From contig JAYWIR010000003.1 of assembly GCA_036172245.1 (NCBI GenBank), forward strand, positions 7,068,001 through 7,132,000: a stretch of DNA of 64,000 nt. Direction: 5' to 3'. The translations under genes were made by a program, and so were the position numbers. The stretch comes from Raillietiella orientalis (Eukaryota). This document shows, piece after piece, positions 47,585 to 60,500 of the stretch (position 1 is the first letter of the stretch; every line of letters starts with the position of its first letter). Under the pieces are notes generated by a model, which did not search any database, had not been told where the DNA came from, and saw only the letters and a list, made by a program, of their open reading frames with translations.

Positions 47585-50560
47585 GTTTATTTCTAAACTC
47601 TGCCTACATTCGTGGTACGAGGCCCCACTACGGCCAATACATCATGGGACCTGCCGGGTCGCCGGTAGGCAGATTGACTCGACTCTCCTCGGTAGAGGAG
47701 AGGGATGGAGAAAAAACAAAAAAAAAATGAAACAGAAAAAAAAAAAAAAGATACACGTTCGTGGGCCGGAAAGAGATTACTGTCCGCTGGGTGGAGGGTC
47801 CATCCTTTATAAAATGCAGTCGAGATTCCTCTGTATACTTCCTAGGTGGGGCCATGTGGTCGAAATTATTAGGAAGCGATGTGCGAATTCCATGCGTCCC
47901 TTCCGTTGTTTCTTCTGTTGGCTTCGCTCCACGCAGCCATAATCTCTCGGATGCAGCAAAGTGCTGCCAGAGATGAGGCTGGTTGTAGGATGTCCCGCAC
48001 AAAGAGAAGCTGTGGAACGTCCCTGGGAGAGCTGCCAACCGGGATCCGGAGGGTCGTCGCAAAACGTTCCTAAAGGGGCCGGAGGACAGCGCAGTCCACC
48101 AACAGATGGGGAAGGGATGCCCTTTCCCCGCAGTTGAACAGTTCGGATTCACTCTCCCCAGCGTCCAGTGGCGGCGGAGAGCATTGTAGGGAGACCCTCC
48201 GGAGTGCAACACCAGAAGCGCCGTTTCCTGCCACTTTAGGAAGAGGATCCTCGTTTCCTGAAACACTGGACGCGACTTCAGGTCATCCGTTGGGATGTCG
48301 GGCATCTCGCCCCATCTCACGTGGAAAGACGCTCGGTGTCGTGGCGTCCTCCAACTGCCCCTTGGCCACTCATCGACTTCTCCCTGCGTGCGACCCGGCA
48401 GGAGACTTGCCACCTCGGCGTTTGGCTGCTGCTGGGTGCCCTCCTCAAGAAGGGCATCACCGCAGCTAGGGGGGTCGTCTCTGCCCACGTGCTCCTGGCG
48501 GGACACTCGAGTATCTTCCGCAACGGGCAGCAAGCGTAGTTGCCGACTCGCAGGCAGTTCCACGATTCACTCCTTGCTAGTTGATCTTCGTCCACCTGCC
48601 AACGGTTTCCTCTAGCCATGCTCTAGAGTTGGCGAGGCTGCACACTATCCTGCCGTTCTCCTCCAGGGTGGCTAAGCGTCTGAGAAGGAGGCCGCATCTT
48701 CTTTTCTTCCGGCCGCGGTACAGAAGATGAGATGCAAGTCCATCCGTCCCGGATACACGACAGGCGAGGAGATGTACCGGAACTCACCAGGGGGTGCTCC
48801 AGTACTTCGCTGCGATGGCCATGGTTCTCCATCCGCTCCAGCGTCAGATCAAGGATCAAGACCGCCGTCCCGATGCGGAGCGCACAAGTCCATCAACGGC
48901 ACTCGAGACCTTTCGTTGCCCTAGAGGGCGATGCGTAAGGAGGTCCTTGGTCCGTTTTTTCAACTCGCGGGGTACGGGGAAAACGAAAAGCAGGAGGAGA
49001 AAGATGGGAGTCTCAAACGCGTTTCACTCCGCGGCCCGTTCCGGCAAGTAAAACTTGCCTTCCAGGAACGGGCTGATCGCCAACATCACTTTCTGGAGAC
49101 GACCTGACCAGGCTTCTGACGGGAAGTCTCCCAACGGAACCCGAGGTACTTTAGGTACCTGACCTTATGAATCCCCAAGAGAATCCAGTCAGACCTTCTA
49201 GCCCACGTCGCACCAACCACCACCACCGATGACTTAGCCCTGTTCACCCTGAGTCCTGTCCCGCGGCTCAACAGCTCGAAAAAACTCTCGACTGCGGAAG
49301 CCTAGGGAGACGGACATAGGGAGCAGAAGATCGTCGGGTACGCCACACCAACGTACGCCGACACGGCAAGTGTGCCGGGACACGAGCTCGGCAAGGGAGC
49401 CAAAGTCGCCCTGCACGTTCTCAGTACCAATACAAATAGGTGCTAAAGAGCAGGGGACCGAGGCTGTTGCCTTGCCTGATGGCGCGCCGCACCGGCACGC
49501 CATACACGTTTTGACATCTGAAAAAGACGTTGATTATCGCGTTGCGCCATCAGGAGCACAGGTAGGCCGTTAAGGCAGCCGGGAAGCCCCTGCGATCGAG
49601 GGGCTCCAGAAGAAGCTCTTGGTCCACACAGTCGAACGCTTTATGCAGGTCGTCGGGCCTTTGCGGATGCGCCGATCGAAGTTAGCGGCGACCTCGCTCT
49701 TGGAAGAGGACCGAAGCGCAAGCAAAGCGTGAAAGCGGTGCCGAAAGTGTCCGCGTTGCTGTTTACCTGACAAGGTTGGCGAGCGAGTGGTTAGGAGGTC
49801 GAGCAGTCGGGGAGACTGGGAGGATTTTTTGTCCACGGTGCCGCGCGGTCCTGTGCACCGCGCGCCTTCGTCCAAGAATGTCTGGATGGAAGGGGCGTTC
49901 TCGTTCGTGTGACCTCTCTTCGTGCGGCTTTCCCATGTCGAATCAGAATGGCGTCTGGGAGGCAGAAGATTTGATGCGCTTTGCACCACGCCAACGTGGA
50001 GGCACTGATCTCCATCACGGAGCCGTTGAGCCGTACCAACCTGGTCTTAGGAAAGTACGCAGGAGCGACTGGGCAAACCCGCTGAGAGGTCACTCCGTTA
50101 CTCGGGAAAATGATGAGGGCTCTCTGTTTCCTCATTTCCGCAACCGTTTTCTTCCTCCCGCTGGTTCTGCCACTGTTTGCCACCGCAACAAGCAGCGGCG
50201 CAAAAACCAAGAGTGCTCAGGAGCAGCCCATGGCTTCCTTCCTTGAGAACGTCCATATCTTCGGACGGAGGAAGGAATGCAGAGGTCGCCTCCGCTGGAA
50301 ATTTGCGGCTTGCAGCTCGCCTCCGTATTCCTTCCATCCCTGTAAAGCACCCGTGAAGGCATCTTTCTAGTGACCTCGCGGACGCTGCAGATCCTCGGGG
50401 ATTTTTTCTCCTTTATCTTCGCCGAAAGAGGTTTCAGTAGGACTCGACCTGGCCTCTTCCCTTCCCAGGGTGCATCCCGTCCCGGCAAGTGACCTTGTCG
50501 GTGCATCCCCTTGGCGACTCAGTCCTTGCTGCTCTGTGGAGGACCTGAGTGTAGGAGCGC
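47585..50560 (-). mobile_element. L1/Tx1-like LINE, degenerate ORF2 plus 3' UTR (copy 2)
   Basis: DLHKAFDCVDQELL..GF (~49650), IRQGNSLGPLLF (~49480), AY.DDLLL (~49335), GLRVNRAK, KYLG, finger NC..NCGERASLPHLLVDC (~48140), T-rich tract and AATAAAC at 47591-47585. Homologous to copy 1. Confidence 0.92.
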
Positions 50561-51849
50561 GCAAATGCCCTTCAGCTGACGAAGATCTCGCGCACTTCTC
50601 TCGATCGTTCTCTCCCTAGGACTCTTCGTGACCTGAACCTGATGTGACATGGGATTTCGTTCCTCAGGAGGCTGCATGGCTCCGAGAGGACGGCATCACT
50701 GCACCCCCACGTCTTCAGCCTCGGACCGAGAGACGGATCCATGTGCCGATTGCTTCTGGTTCCTTCTCTACGCCAGGACCCTGTAGATACTACACTTTGA
50801 TGTTATCAGCTTAATATCAGGACCCTGTAGATGGGGTGAGCTGTTCGGCCTCCTGGAGCCAGGAGGCTCTCGAGTGTTGCCAAGAAAGAGCGGGAGGAAA
50901 GGCGCATACGCGGTTTGTCCCTCTGGACCTCCGTCCGCTTCCGCCTACATGGGGAAGGAGCCGGAGAAACCCACGGAGAACCAGTGTGAAGCTGGCGCCA
51001 GGACAAAGATACTCGTCTCTCCGCATCTTCCAGGGCAAGCCCTTGCGGAATGCCGGTTGCACCATCATCCATGGAGGTGCACCAGTGGAATGGTGGGGCA
51101 TGAATCTCGTCCGACGCGCACAGCTTTGGCGGCTGGCTCCGTCTCTATGGACATAGTCGCCTTTTCTGCACCGTTGAAGGCGCCGAACTCATATTCTCAG
51201 GTCGTCGGCAGAGCATCGACGTCATCCGCGGGGAGACTCGTCAGTCGCTTCTTCATCTCAAGGGACGATCTTTCGGGTGCATCGGTTCTTGTGCAGGCTT
51301 GTAAGTCTCGGATCATGCGAAGGGGCGCACGCAAGGGATCCCATGGAGAGGATCTCTTCCCGTCGCCGTTTCCCTCGCAACCAAGGGAAAAGTGCAGCAG
51401 CAGCTGTATGGGGTAAGCGAGTGGCATGGCTTTTCTTCGGGGCGACAACGTTGGCCACAAGGGCACGATGGATGCTCTTCCAGAAGGAAAAGGCGAGTCC
51501 AGGGTGCAAGCAGCACAGGAACCCAAAGAAAGGGAGTCAGGGGGGAGGGGAATGTGTCCCTGAGTGGACAAGCAGCAAACTGGAAGAGTGGGGACAATGC
51601 CGAGAGATTGTCGTGCGCGACACAGGCGCCTCATTCGCAAAGGACCGTCTCTCTCTTTTGCTTTTTTCACTTTCAAGCAGGGATACTGATCTGAAGGAAA
51701 GAAGATCCATTCGATGCGTCTTGTTTTTCAAGGACGTCCTCTCCCGTCTTTGAAAAAAATTTTTGGTTTATCATCCGCAGACGCCGAGGAAGAGGGATGA
51801 AGCAGCGAACTACCCCCTCTTTCCTATGACTGCGCCATGAGGACGATCA

Positions 51850-53100
51850 TCGGCTGGCGGCTTGCTGGTGGGGTTTGTCCTCGCTGGACCAGGGAAGCTG
51901 CGAACATCCACAGGGAACTCCTCGCCTTGGAAGGGGGGGGGGGAATCGTGAGCGACGACAGCCTCCCGGCGCTTCGGCCGACAACGCACCTCCGTCATTC
52001 CACCTCATCAGCGTCTCCTGTCTCGTCTGCGGATTTTCTCGAAGGCAGTGGGTGGTGCGAAAGGGCAATGGATGCACGGGAGAAGAGCCATCTGGAAGCC
52101 AGTGGACGGAAGTGTCCTCCTGGCCCTGTCGATCCGGGAGGAGACGCTGGGGTCATCCCCCAGAGCCCTCTCCGAAACTGGACCGACGGCTCGTTTCGTC
52201 GTCCCGCAAGCTCGAACGAGGCCAAAGTCCCCCGCTGTTTCCCAGTCGATGATGATCCCCTCTTACGCTCGCAAACGTCGCAGCGGGGGAGGAAGCTGGT
52301 TGCCGAGGCGACGGCCTCGTTGCGAGCGATGAAGAGCCGTGGGCTCTTACTGCGAGCAGCATGGATGTTTCCTTTGTGAAAGGGTCGGAGGCGAAGCTCG
52401 GACAGCCACGAGAGCATCGAAGCGTCCTTCCCGGATTCGCCGTGGAAGAGGCGCGACCGCAACCATGTGCTCCACACCGGAACACCTGAGGAAGTGTGCC
52501 ACTGTGGCACAACGCGTGATGATGGGAACCAGCAGGTCCGGCGGCACGCGACCCCCCTCCCCGCACGCGTTCTCATGGCGACGCGCGCACGCGCCATGGG
52601 AGCCGAGGTAGGGCTTCGAGCCTCCTGGGAGTCCGGGTCTCCCGACGTGTGACTGAGGGAAGAGCAGCAGCACTGGGATAGTTCTCGACCGCTGCCCCTT
52701 CGTCTTCGAGGGCAGAAAGGGGCGGCGTCTAGGGAAGTGGAGACACGGTGAACGCGCATCAGGTGGCTCCCTGAAGGGGCGAACGGATGGTGGCCCTCTA
52801 GCATCGACAGGGGGAGGGGAACCCTGTGGCCGTGACCAAAGAGGGGCGCGGAGACCATCGAAGTCGCAACTCGAGCCTCGAGCGACTTTCTCTCTGAAGT
52901 TCACTCGAGGCAGGAGAGCGGGCTGTTCCTGGCTGCTCCCTCCGACTTTTCCCCGGACAACGAGAGATGGCAACGCGACGTCCCTGGTGGGAACGCGAGC
53001 GCGGCGGAGGCGGCGCGTTCGTCCCGACGACCTCGGAGATGGATGATCAGAGCGATACGATTGCTCCGGCAGGAATCCCCTTGGGGCCGCGCCAGGGGTT
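51850..53100 (-). mobile_element. LINE ORF1 remnant, possibly the 5' part of copy 2
   Basis: FLPRCDVCERKRG knuckle remnant, upstream of and on the same strand as copy 2. Confidence 0.45.
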
Positions 53101-54429
53101 CGGGGTCTCAAACCCTTGAATACAGGTGAGCTTCCGGCGCTGCTGACCCGGATTCCTCTCTCTCACCTGTTCCCCTTCCTCCTGCCCCCTCGCCTCTGCT
53201 GCTCGACCAGTCCCTGCGGGGGTGGGGGAACAAGTCGCGGAGGGGACGTCTTCTTCGGGAAAGAAGGGATTTGGCGGGTACAGGGGCCGCCGTCCTCCTG
53301 CTCCACTTCTAGATAAAGAGGCTGCAGGGGGCTACCCATCTCCGACCCTCCCTCCGTCAGGCGCGCGACGCTCTTTCTCGATCACCATCCGCACACGATG
53401 CGCCCCCTTTTTCTCCCCTTCCCCCTTTCCGAGGGAAATTCTCAAGGAAAAAAAAAAAGCGGAGGGCGTGCGACCCCGGCCGAGCCCCGAGTCGGTCACA
53501 AATCACTCCCGGAAAACGTCTCCAGGGCTCCCATAATCCGAAGTTATGGGAGGGCCGGGCTGTCCCTGCGCCCTTTCCCCCCCCCCTTCCCTGGATCTGA
53601 CCCCCCCTTCTCATTGTCCTCTCCGGAATGAGCTCAGGCGTTCGCGCCCTCCTGCTCTCCCGGTAAATCCGGAAGGGAGGAGGAGGGGAGGGACGAGCCT
53701 GCGGGGATATCCGGGAGTGGCGGTGGTCCTTCCGCGCCTCTCGCACGGTTCTCGCTGCCTCCGTCCGCGCGATGCGGGCGGAAGGCGCCGCGCGTGACGG
53801 CCGCGCCGCTGCCGCCGCCGGACGGCCTCTGGCAGAACCTTCCGCGGCTTTGTCGCAGGTGTGGGGTGGGTGAAGGTTGAAGTTAAAAAAGGGAGCCTGC
53901 GGGAGGGGAATGCATCATCAGAGGCGCTCCCTTCGAGTTCTCTTCCTCTCTCTCCATGACATCATCGCCTGACAGGACATTGAGGAATTCCTGGGATCGC
54001 AGCTCTGCCTGCGCGTCTTCCCCTGGCTTTCCGAAGGGGTCTAGACGACGAGGAGAGGATCACGACGCCTCTGATTCCGCCTTCCCTTTTGATCTTTGCC
54101 TCCCTTTTTGCCCTCTTCAGCAGCAGAACGTATCCGATGCCCTCCTGACGCTCTGATGCTGCGTTCTACCTTCTGGGCCGGAAGAATTCCAGCGGACCCA
54201 TCCTCTCCTTCTTCTCTCTCCTGCACTTCCTTCTTACCTCCCCTTCCGCCGCTCTTTCTTGGAAGAGCCTTTGGAAGCCTCTCCGGAGGCCGTTGTTGCT
54301 CTTGGAGTGCCCGTCGACTCCGGCAACAGACGGATTCCCGGTTCTCGCGCGCGTAGCAGCAGCCCCTTACCAACCTTGCCGGTGCTGTGAGAATCCCTTT
54401 GACTCCTACGCTCCGTCACCGCCCCGCAG

Positions 54430-55800
54430 TCAGCCAAATATTCCCTGCCTCCTGGCGTCTTTGACTTTGGATAACCGTTAGACGCCCGACCGCCCGTCGC
54501 GCCGCTCATGAACGAGCCCACGAAAGGAGGGGAAGCCAGGGTATGTGGCTTCAAGCTGGACCTCAGTGAGGGACGTACGGTCTTCCGCACAGGAAGAGCT
54601 TCCGCCTCTTACGTGCTGCCTTCGAAGCCGCTTCCCGTCGTCCGGACAAGCATGGAACTCTACCTGACTCCGGAAGCTCCTGGTGTCCGTCCTGTATTGG
54701 AGTTGCCTGAGTTGACCAAGGACGCCTCTTGCGGAGTACGAGAGTCCTGTCTTTAAGAAGGGATCCTTTCCGTGTAGATGGGCACCCTTCATAGAGGACA
54801 GGAGCCTTCCAGTCAGAAAGGAAGCCTTCCGGCGTGCACGATTGCTTCTTTGGAAGGATGTCCACCCTCTCAAGTGGCAGAGGTCGGCGTTTCTGCCGTT
54901 GCATCGGGTCTCCTATGCAACGTGAGCCGACATTGCCGGACTCTGAGAGGAGCGGGCGCCCAACTGTGGCAGGAACTCAGAGGGAGAATCCCTCTCCCAC
55001 CTGCCTGCGCACTGCGCCCCTCTCTGGACCCTATGGGAACGATCCAATCCCGGTGGGAAACCCCAGAGGCGTTTTTGAAGAGCCTCTTCGTACGCTGTGC
55101 CCTGTCCCATAGCAAGCAGCCCTCTAGCAGCTGCTTGCAGCCTTCGTGGGATTGGCGGCTGCCTGGGGCGCCGTCGAGAGAGGTGAGAACGACCGGGGTG
55201 CCGTCCACTCCGCTTCTCTCGCTTCCTGAAGTCCCATCCGCGTACCGTGCAACCAGAACTTGCCGCTGCCTTGAGAAGGTCGAGGAGGCTCGAAGAAGAG
55301 CTCGTCTTGCAGGAGAGGTTGGCAGTTGCTCCCTGCCTTTCTCTTTTCTTCTTCGCATAAGGCGATCGCGGGGGACTCGCAAGCGTTGTCAGACTCCGGG
55401 ACGCCCGAGAACTTCCTGAAGCTGCACGCTGATGCTGCGTGCACAGGATGCTTCTAGGATTACGCCGCCAAGAGAGGCGGGCTGCAGGAGCTCCACTTTG
55501 GTGCGACGACCTCTGGAAGCATGGGCATGGCACCTTCCTGTCTTCACACACGGTGTCTTGTCTCGAGGGCCTCAGGAGCGCGGTCGACTGTGAAGAACCG
55601 TCATACCGTCTGGGCAGGACGCAGTCTGGATTGGATACAGAGGATTTCAGCAAGATGTGATCCCTTCCCGAACCCCCAAATCTTCTCTATTTATTTTTTC
55701 TTTCTGTTTGCTCCCTACCGATGCTGCCGAGGCGATCTTGGTGGCCTGCGCACCGACATCTCATGTTGGCAGGGCGGATGGCCTTGCCACTACCTTCTCT
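54430..55800 (+). mobile_element. L1/Tx1-like LINE 3' part (copy 3), interrupted by an insertion
   Basis: PNCGRNSEGESLSHLPAHC..LW (~54960-55035). DNA homology to 9170-9590, resuming at ~55620 with 9595-9730. Confidence 0.8.
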
Positions 55801-55809
55801 GTATGTTTA

Positions 55810-56100
55810 ATGATCCTTCAGAAAACTACCCTGCTCAACCAGGTAACAACTTCGGGAGCATTGGACCGCACGATGCAAATGCTGGTCTTCGTCACCTCTC
55901 TGTTGTGGAAGGAACCCCAAGAAGAAATCGAAGAAATTTGGCACTTTCGCGAGTGAAGGGGATGCAGGCTAAAGAAGAGGCACAGTTGCAGGAAGCGCGC
56001 TGAAATTGCTCGGACATGTTCATCCGCATGCCCTGGGGCAGCGGCCGCAGAAGAAGTAGTAAATAGCTCAGGAGGCTGAAGATGTCCGCAATGCCGTTCC
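55810..56100 (+). mobile_element. RTE-like LINE C-terminal fragment
   Basis: LKLLGHV..RMP (LxWxGHvxRM-like) at ~56000-56035. Confidence 0.45.
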
Positions 56101-56329
56101 ACATCCAGCCCATCCTCGTCTCTAAAAAGGGTCTACGTCTTGGACAACGGTGCGATGCATGACTTTCTTTTGCCCAAGAGAACCATCTTCAGCTCGATTG
56201 AGGCTTCCGTCGAATGTCCGAAGGACGAAGCTGCCCGTCCGAAGCACGGACCAGTTACCGATGACGCCAGGACGACTGACCAGCCAGGGAGCTGTCGAGA
56301 TGGTTGTTCAGAGAGATGGGGCGTTTCCT

Positions 56330-58100
56330 CTTCTGCTTGAAGAGAAACCGTCGAACTACTCAGCGATCAACCCGCCGCTTATTACTGAGAGATTGGGAGG
56401 AAACCCAGCCACGAGAGAGTCACCCAGTTTGGATTCTTTGCTCTTAAATGCCGAAAATACCACCTCCAAGAGCCAACCCAGGGTTCAGGGCACAACAGTA
56501 TCAGCGGCAGAAGAAGAAACGGATGCATTCTTTGCGCATTCCTTCAGGGGCTTCTTCGAGTGCAAGGTGGCCACTCCAGCGAACGAGCTCAAGTGACCGT
56601 TGCTCCCAAACCTTAGCGCAAGGAAGCCTCCGGGCTCTCCCGAATGGAAGTGCCAGCTGGCCTGCGGTCCTCCTTCGACGCACATCCCTGGCTGCGGAAA
56701 GCTTCGCCCCACGGTTGCAATCCGCGATAGGGCTTCCTCCTGGACCCCCCACGCCCCGCTCCTCCGTTCTTCTTCTCTCTTCTGTCCACCTCCCGGAGAG
56801 AATCGCCCCCAGCATTTCGCATGGAGCTACCCCGACGCCTCCGTCCGGAACGCGACGTAATGGTGCGTCACGAAATCGGCAGACTTAGACCTGGCCAAGG
56901 GGGAACCTTGGCGCAGCAGTTTGGACGTGCGAACGCGTCTCCGGGTGGGCGAGAGGAAGGATCCCCAGCGGTTCCCACCGAAGCTATCCGCTCAGGATTT
57001 CTGGGCTCTCCTTCAAGCGGAAGTGGAAGGAAGCGGAGTCTCGCCCGGTAAAGCAGGTGACTTGCGAGATCTCGCGGTCATCGGAAACGACCTCCACCTA
57101 CTCTTAAAGCTGGATTGGGCAGCTTGCTCCCACACTGGCCCGCGAACCGTCTGATCCTGCGCTTTATCATCGGAGCACCGGTGTTCAGAGGAACAGGAGC
57201 TGTGAGGCCGACGTTGGGTTGCAGCGCACCTAGACATGCGACGCCCATCGGATCTCATGGAAGGCGTCGGTTGCTACGGGAACCAGAACTGCGGCCACCG
57301 TGCAAGTCGGAATCGGCTGCATGTGCACTGGATGGGCATCCACCGAAGCAAGCGGCCCTGAGGGTGGTGGCTACCGGGAGTGGAACCTGCGGAACACGGC
57401 CGTTTCTGCCTCCCGGAGTGCAGTCGGAGGAAGACTTTTGTTGCTGAGGTTCGGGCGTGGAGGAGGATCCTCCGTCGGTCCAGATCTTGGAGACGGTGGG
57501 CGAGCACGTTAACGAGATGCTGAGATCTGGTGCGTTGGAAGAGCCTGTGAGCATGAGGTAGTCTTGTCTTGTGTCCGCAAGTTCTCAGCCGCCAATCCAC
57601 ACGTACTCGAGCCAATTGATGCTCAGTCTGGAGACAAGCACGGGGGTGAAGTGACGAGGATGCAGAGTCAGCGTTCTGGCAGCGGATGCAAGGCTCTGGT
57701 TCTGGCGAAGCTGCAAGGACGAGGGACACCTTGTTGCAGAATGCTTCCAAGAGAATCCACGTGAACGAACTGCCTATCCTCGAGAAGCTGCCAATATGGA
57801 CAGCATCCTGTAAAAGTGGAGTGCATCGAGGAGAGGACATAGAAGCCGGAACGCCATTCATTGGACAGTCTTTTCCGTGGAGAAGGCATGCCGATGGCGC
57901 CGGTCAAGGGCAATTCAACCGGCACTTTCCTGCATCCGAAACCGGATGCAGAGGAAGTGCTCCCGGAGAGCAGTGATCCCATCCCATTCCTTCCAACTCC
58001 CTAAAACTTTGTTCCCCGGCGTTTTTTCTTTTTTTTCTTTTGGTTTTCCCGTCCCTTTCGCCCGTGGAGAGCACCACAGCAGCCAGCGGGTCGGTAAGGA
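56330..58100 (+). mobile_element. Mosaic of RT and ORF1-like fragments ending in the family 3' end
   Basis: PSNYSAI, VNEMLRSG, then ggatgcagagga...gtgatccc.tccc plus a T tract at 57944-58050 homologous to 9605-9700. Confidence 0.5.
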
Positions 58101-58149
58101 TAGGTGAAAAAACACTGCCAGAACCATATGTTCTGGAAGAAGCAATGCC

Positions 58150-58900
58150 CAAATGACTAAATTCAAATAACAAGTAATGTAGAATTTGGAAAATAAAAGC
58201 CCCGGCTTATCCGGGTGAAAAACCCTCGAGAAGCTGCCAACATGGACTCTACTAGCGAAGAATCGGAAACTTCTGAGGGCATTCCATAGCTCTAAGGCTG
58301 CAAAGTCCACTCAACTCGGTTCTTCTTCATCATGCTCGAAGGGGTCGGGGGGAGACCTGATTAGATCACCGTCTGCATCCGCTTGCCGTAGCTGAGCTGC
58401 TTGCTCGATGCGCTCAAGCGGGGCATCTCCGCCGTATTGCGTTCTGCCCCGTTGGAGCAGCGGAGTACCAGGTGACGACCGAGCGGTGTTGACCCCTTCG
58501 AAGAGGATCGCAAGCATTCGCCGCTGTCAATCCCAAAATCATGCTGAAGACTAGAAGTGAGCTCCCGTTCACCCGTTCCCAGGGAAACGCCGCAGCTCGT
58601 TTCGCCTTGCTGTGGCCTTGCGATGAAGGCAACCTTGAGAGGCCTACCAGTAGCGTTTCATGCTGACACTCTGAGCTGCCTGGGACTTCAGACCGCTAGT
58701 CCGTTGAAAGTGGACCGCAAAAAAACCGTTCAGCTTTTCTTAGCTCGCCACTTTGCGTTGTTCCAGGCTGAGGCGTCTGGGACTTGGATTTACAACCTCG
58801 GACATTTCCCAATATTCCAGACTCTTCTGACCCCTTTCGAGCACTATTGTGGAACAGCTTCTGCCGTTTGGCGATGAGAGAAAAATAGGCGCCTATTATG
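58150..58900 (-). mobile_element. CR1/jockey-group LINE C-terminal fragment
   Basis: LERIEQAA (LErVQrrA-like) and LELWNAL (lWNxLP-like). Confidence 0.5.
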
Positions 58901-59599
58901 GAGACTATATGTAGCTCTTCCGGCCTATACTTTTCAAAAATTCAATCCCAAAGAAGCCGCGCTGCCAGCGTGACGTCGCAAGCTGCGGCGGTGGAATCGT
59001 CGCACCCCGTCATGGACCAGGTCTGGCCCTTCGATGCCAGCACCATCCACAGAACACTTCGCACTTTACCATTCCCGATTTCCTCTTTGAGCTTCCACTC
59101 CAATTCCGTTTCTTCTGCATCAGGCACGCTCCCTGACCGCTGATGGGGCGGGAAGGTCCACTCCGTTCGGGAATTCCATCGAGGAATCCGACAGGTAGGC
59201 GGCGTGGCCTCCGGCATTCCAAACTTCAGTCAAAAGTCAGTGTCATTCAAAGTGAAAGAATGAAATTTGTGCGTGGGTTGTCCAGGAACGAGGGCGCAGG
59301 TCAACTTCCTCACTGGATACAGAGAGAGCGGGGCAAGTGACAGCAAAGGAATGGGGGTGATGTGGGTCGGCCTCCAGGGTGATGCAGGTGGTAGCCACTA
59401 TGCAAAGACGAAGGGAGGCACCTGTGAGTGTACCGCAGCCTCTCCACGAGCACCAACCTCCAGAATGATGCCTGCATCTGCATCCGTTCGCTGAAAGGCA
59501 GCTTCAACCCCGCAACCGGGAGAAACCCTCCACATCTTGGACCTGGGGGAGCGCCACAGGGCTTGCCCTGAGAATTGATGGCGAGACACAAAAAACAAT

Positions 59600-60300
59600 A
59601 GGCGCCACGATGACATTCCGCGCCCTCGCGCCCTCGGACAGCAGGAGTCCATGGTGGAGAAAGGAAGCTACGCACCTCCTCCAAGAGAACCCATGGGTGA
59701 ACTGGGAGACCCGTCTACGAGAATTCCTGGTGAACCACCGACCTGGCGACAAATGTATGGGAAGGAACGAAGTACGCTATTCGGCCCTTTCCATCAACGC
59801 CTCTCTTCCAGGAAGCAAGGAGCCGAGCTCCCATGCGCGGTTCAATGACTTCTTGCTCACGAAGCTCCAGGGCACTTCCCTGAATGAACCCTGCTGCCAG
59901 CGGCCAGCCTTCGAAACGTTGCACTCTTTTTTGACTGACACGAACCATCAGGGAAGGAGCGCAGCTCGTCCCTCCGCCAAGCTGCACGCGTAAAACGCCG
60001 AAAGAAAGGTGTGCGTATGGGTCGAAGCGCACCGACAGCACACGCGTTGCGCGTGCCTTCAACTCAGAAACGAACGGACCAGGCAAAGGGCACCGCGCGT
60101 GTGAAGGACGCTTGAGCAAGTCGCCTTCTGACTTGAGAGAAGGGAAAAGTATTCTGTTCCCAGGGGGCGACGTCGTCAGCTGGGCCTGTTGCCTTCTCTG
60201 GCACGCCCAGGAGGCGCCTGCGTTAGTTCGAGAAGTGGCAGGAAGAGGAGGCGATCGAAAGTGGCCACAGCAGCAAGAAGGGAATCGCGGGAGACCTGCT
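59600..60300 (+). mobile_element. LINE ORF2 C-terminal fragment
   Basis: Cys/His remnant followed by WACCLLWHA, directly before a pyrimidine tract. Confidence 0.35.
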
Positions 60301-60309
60301 GCGGAGGGC

Positions 60310-60500
60310 TTCTCTCCTACTCCTTTAGCCCGCCTTCCTTCTCGCCCCTTCCTCCTCCTCCTCCTCTTCGTTCCCTTCTCCTCTCTCCCCTTCCTCTTTT
60401 TCCCTTCTTCCCTCCCTCCTCCTCCTTCACTTCTTCTCTCTTCCCTTCCTTCCTCCTTCCTCCTCTCCCTTCCGTTCCTCCTCCTCCTGATCACTTTCCT
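60310..60500. repeat. Pyrimidine-rich (CCT/CTT) low-complexity tract
   Basis: Almost only C and T on the plus strand. Confidence 0.9.
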
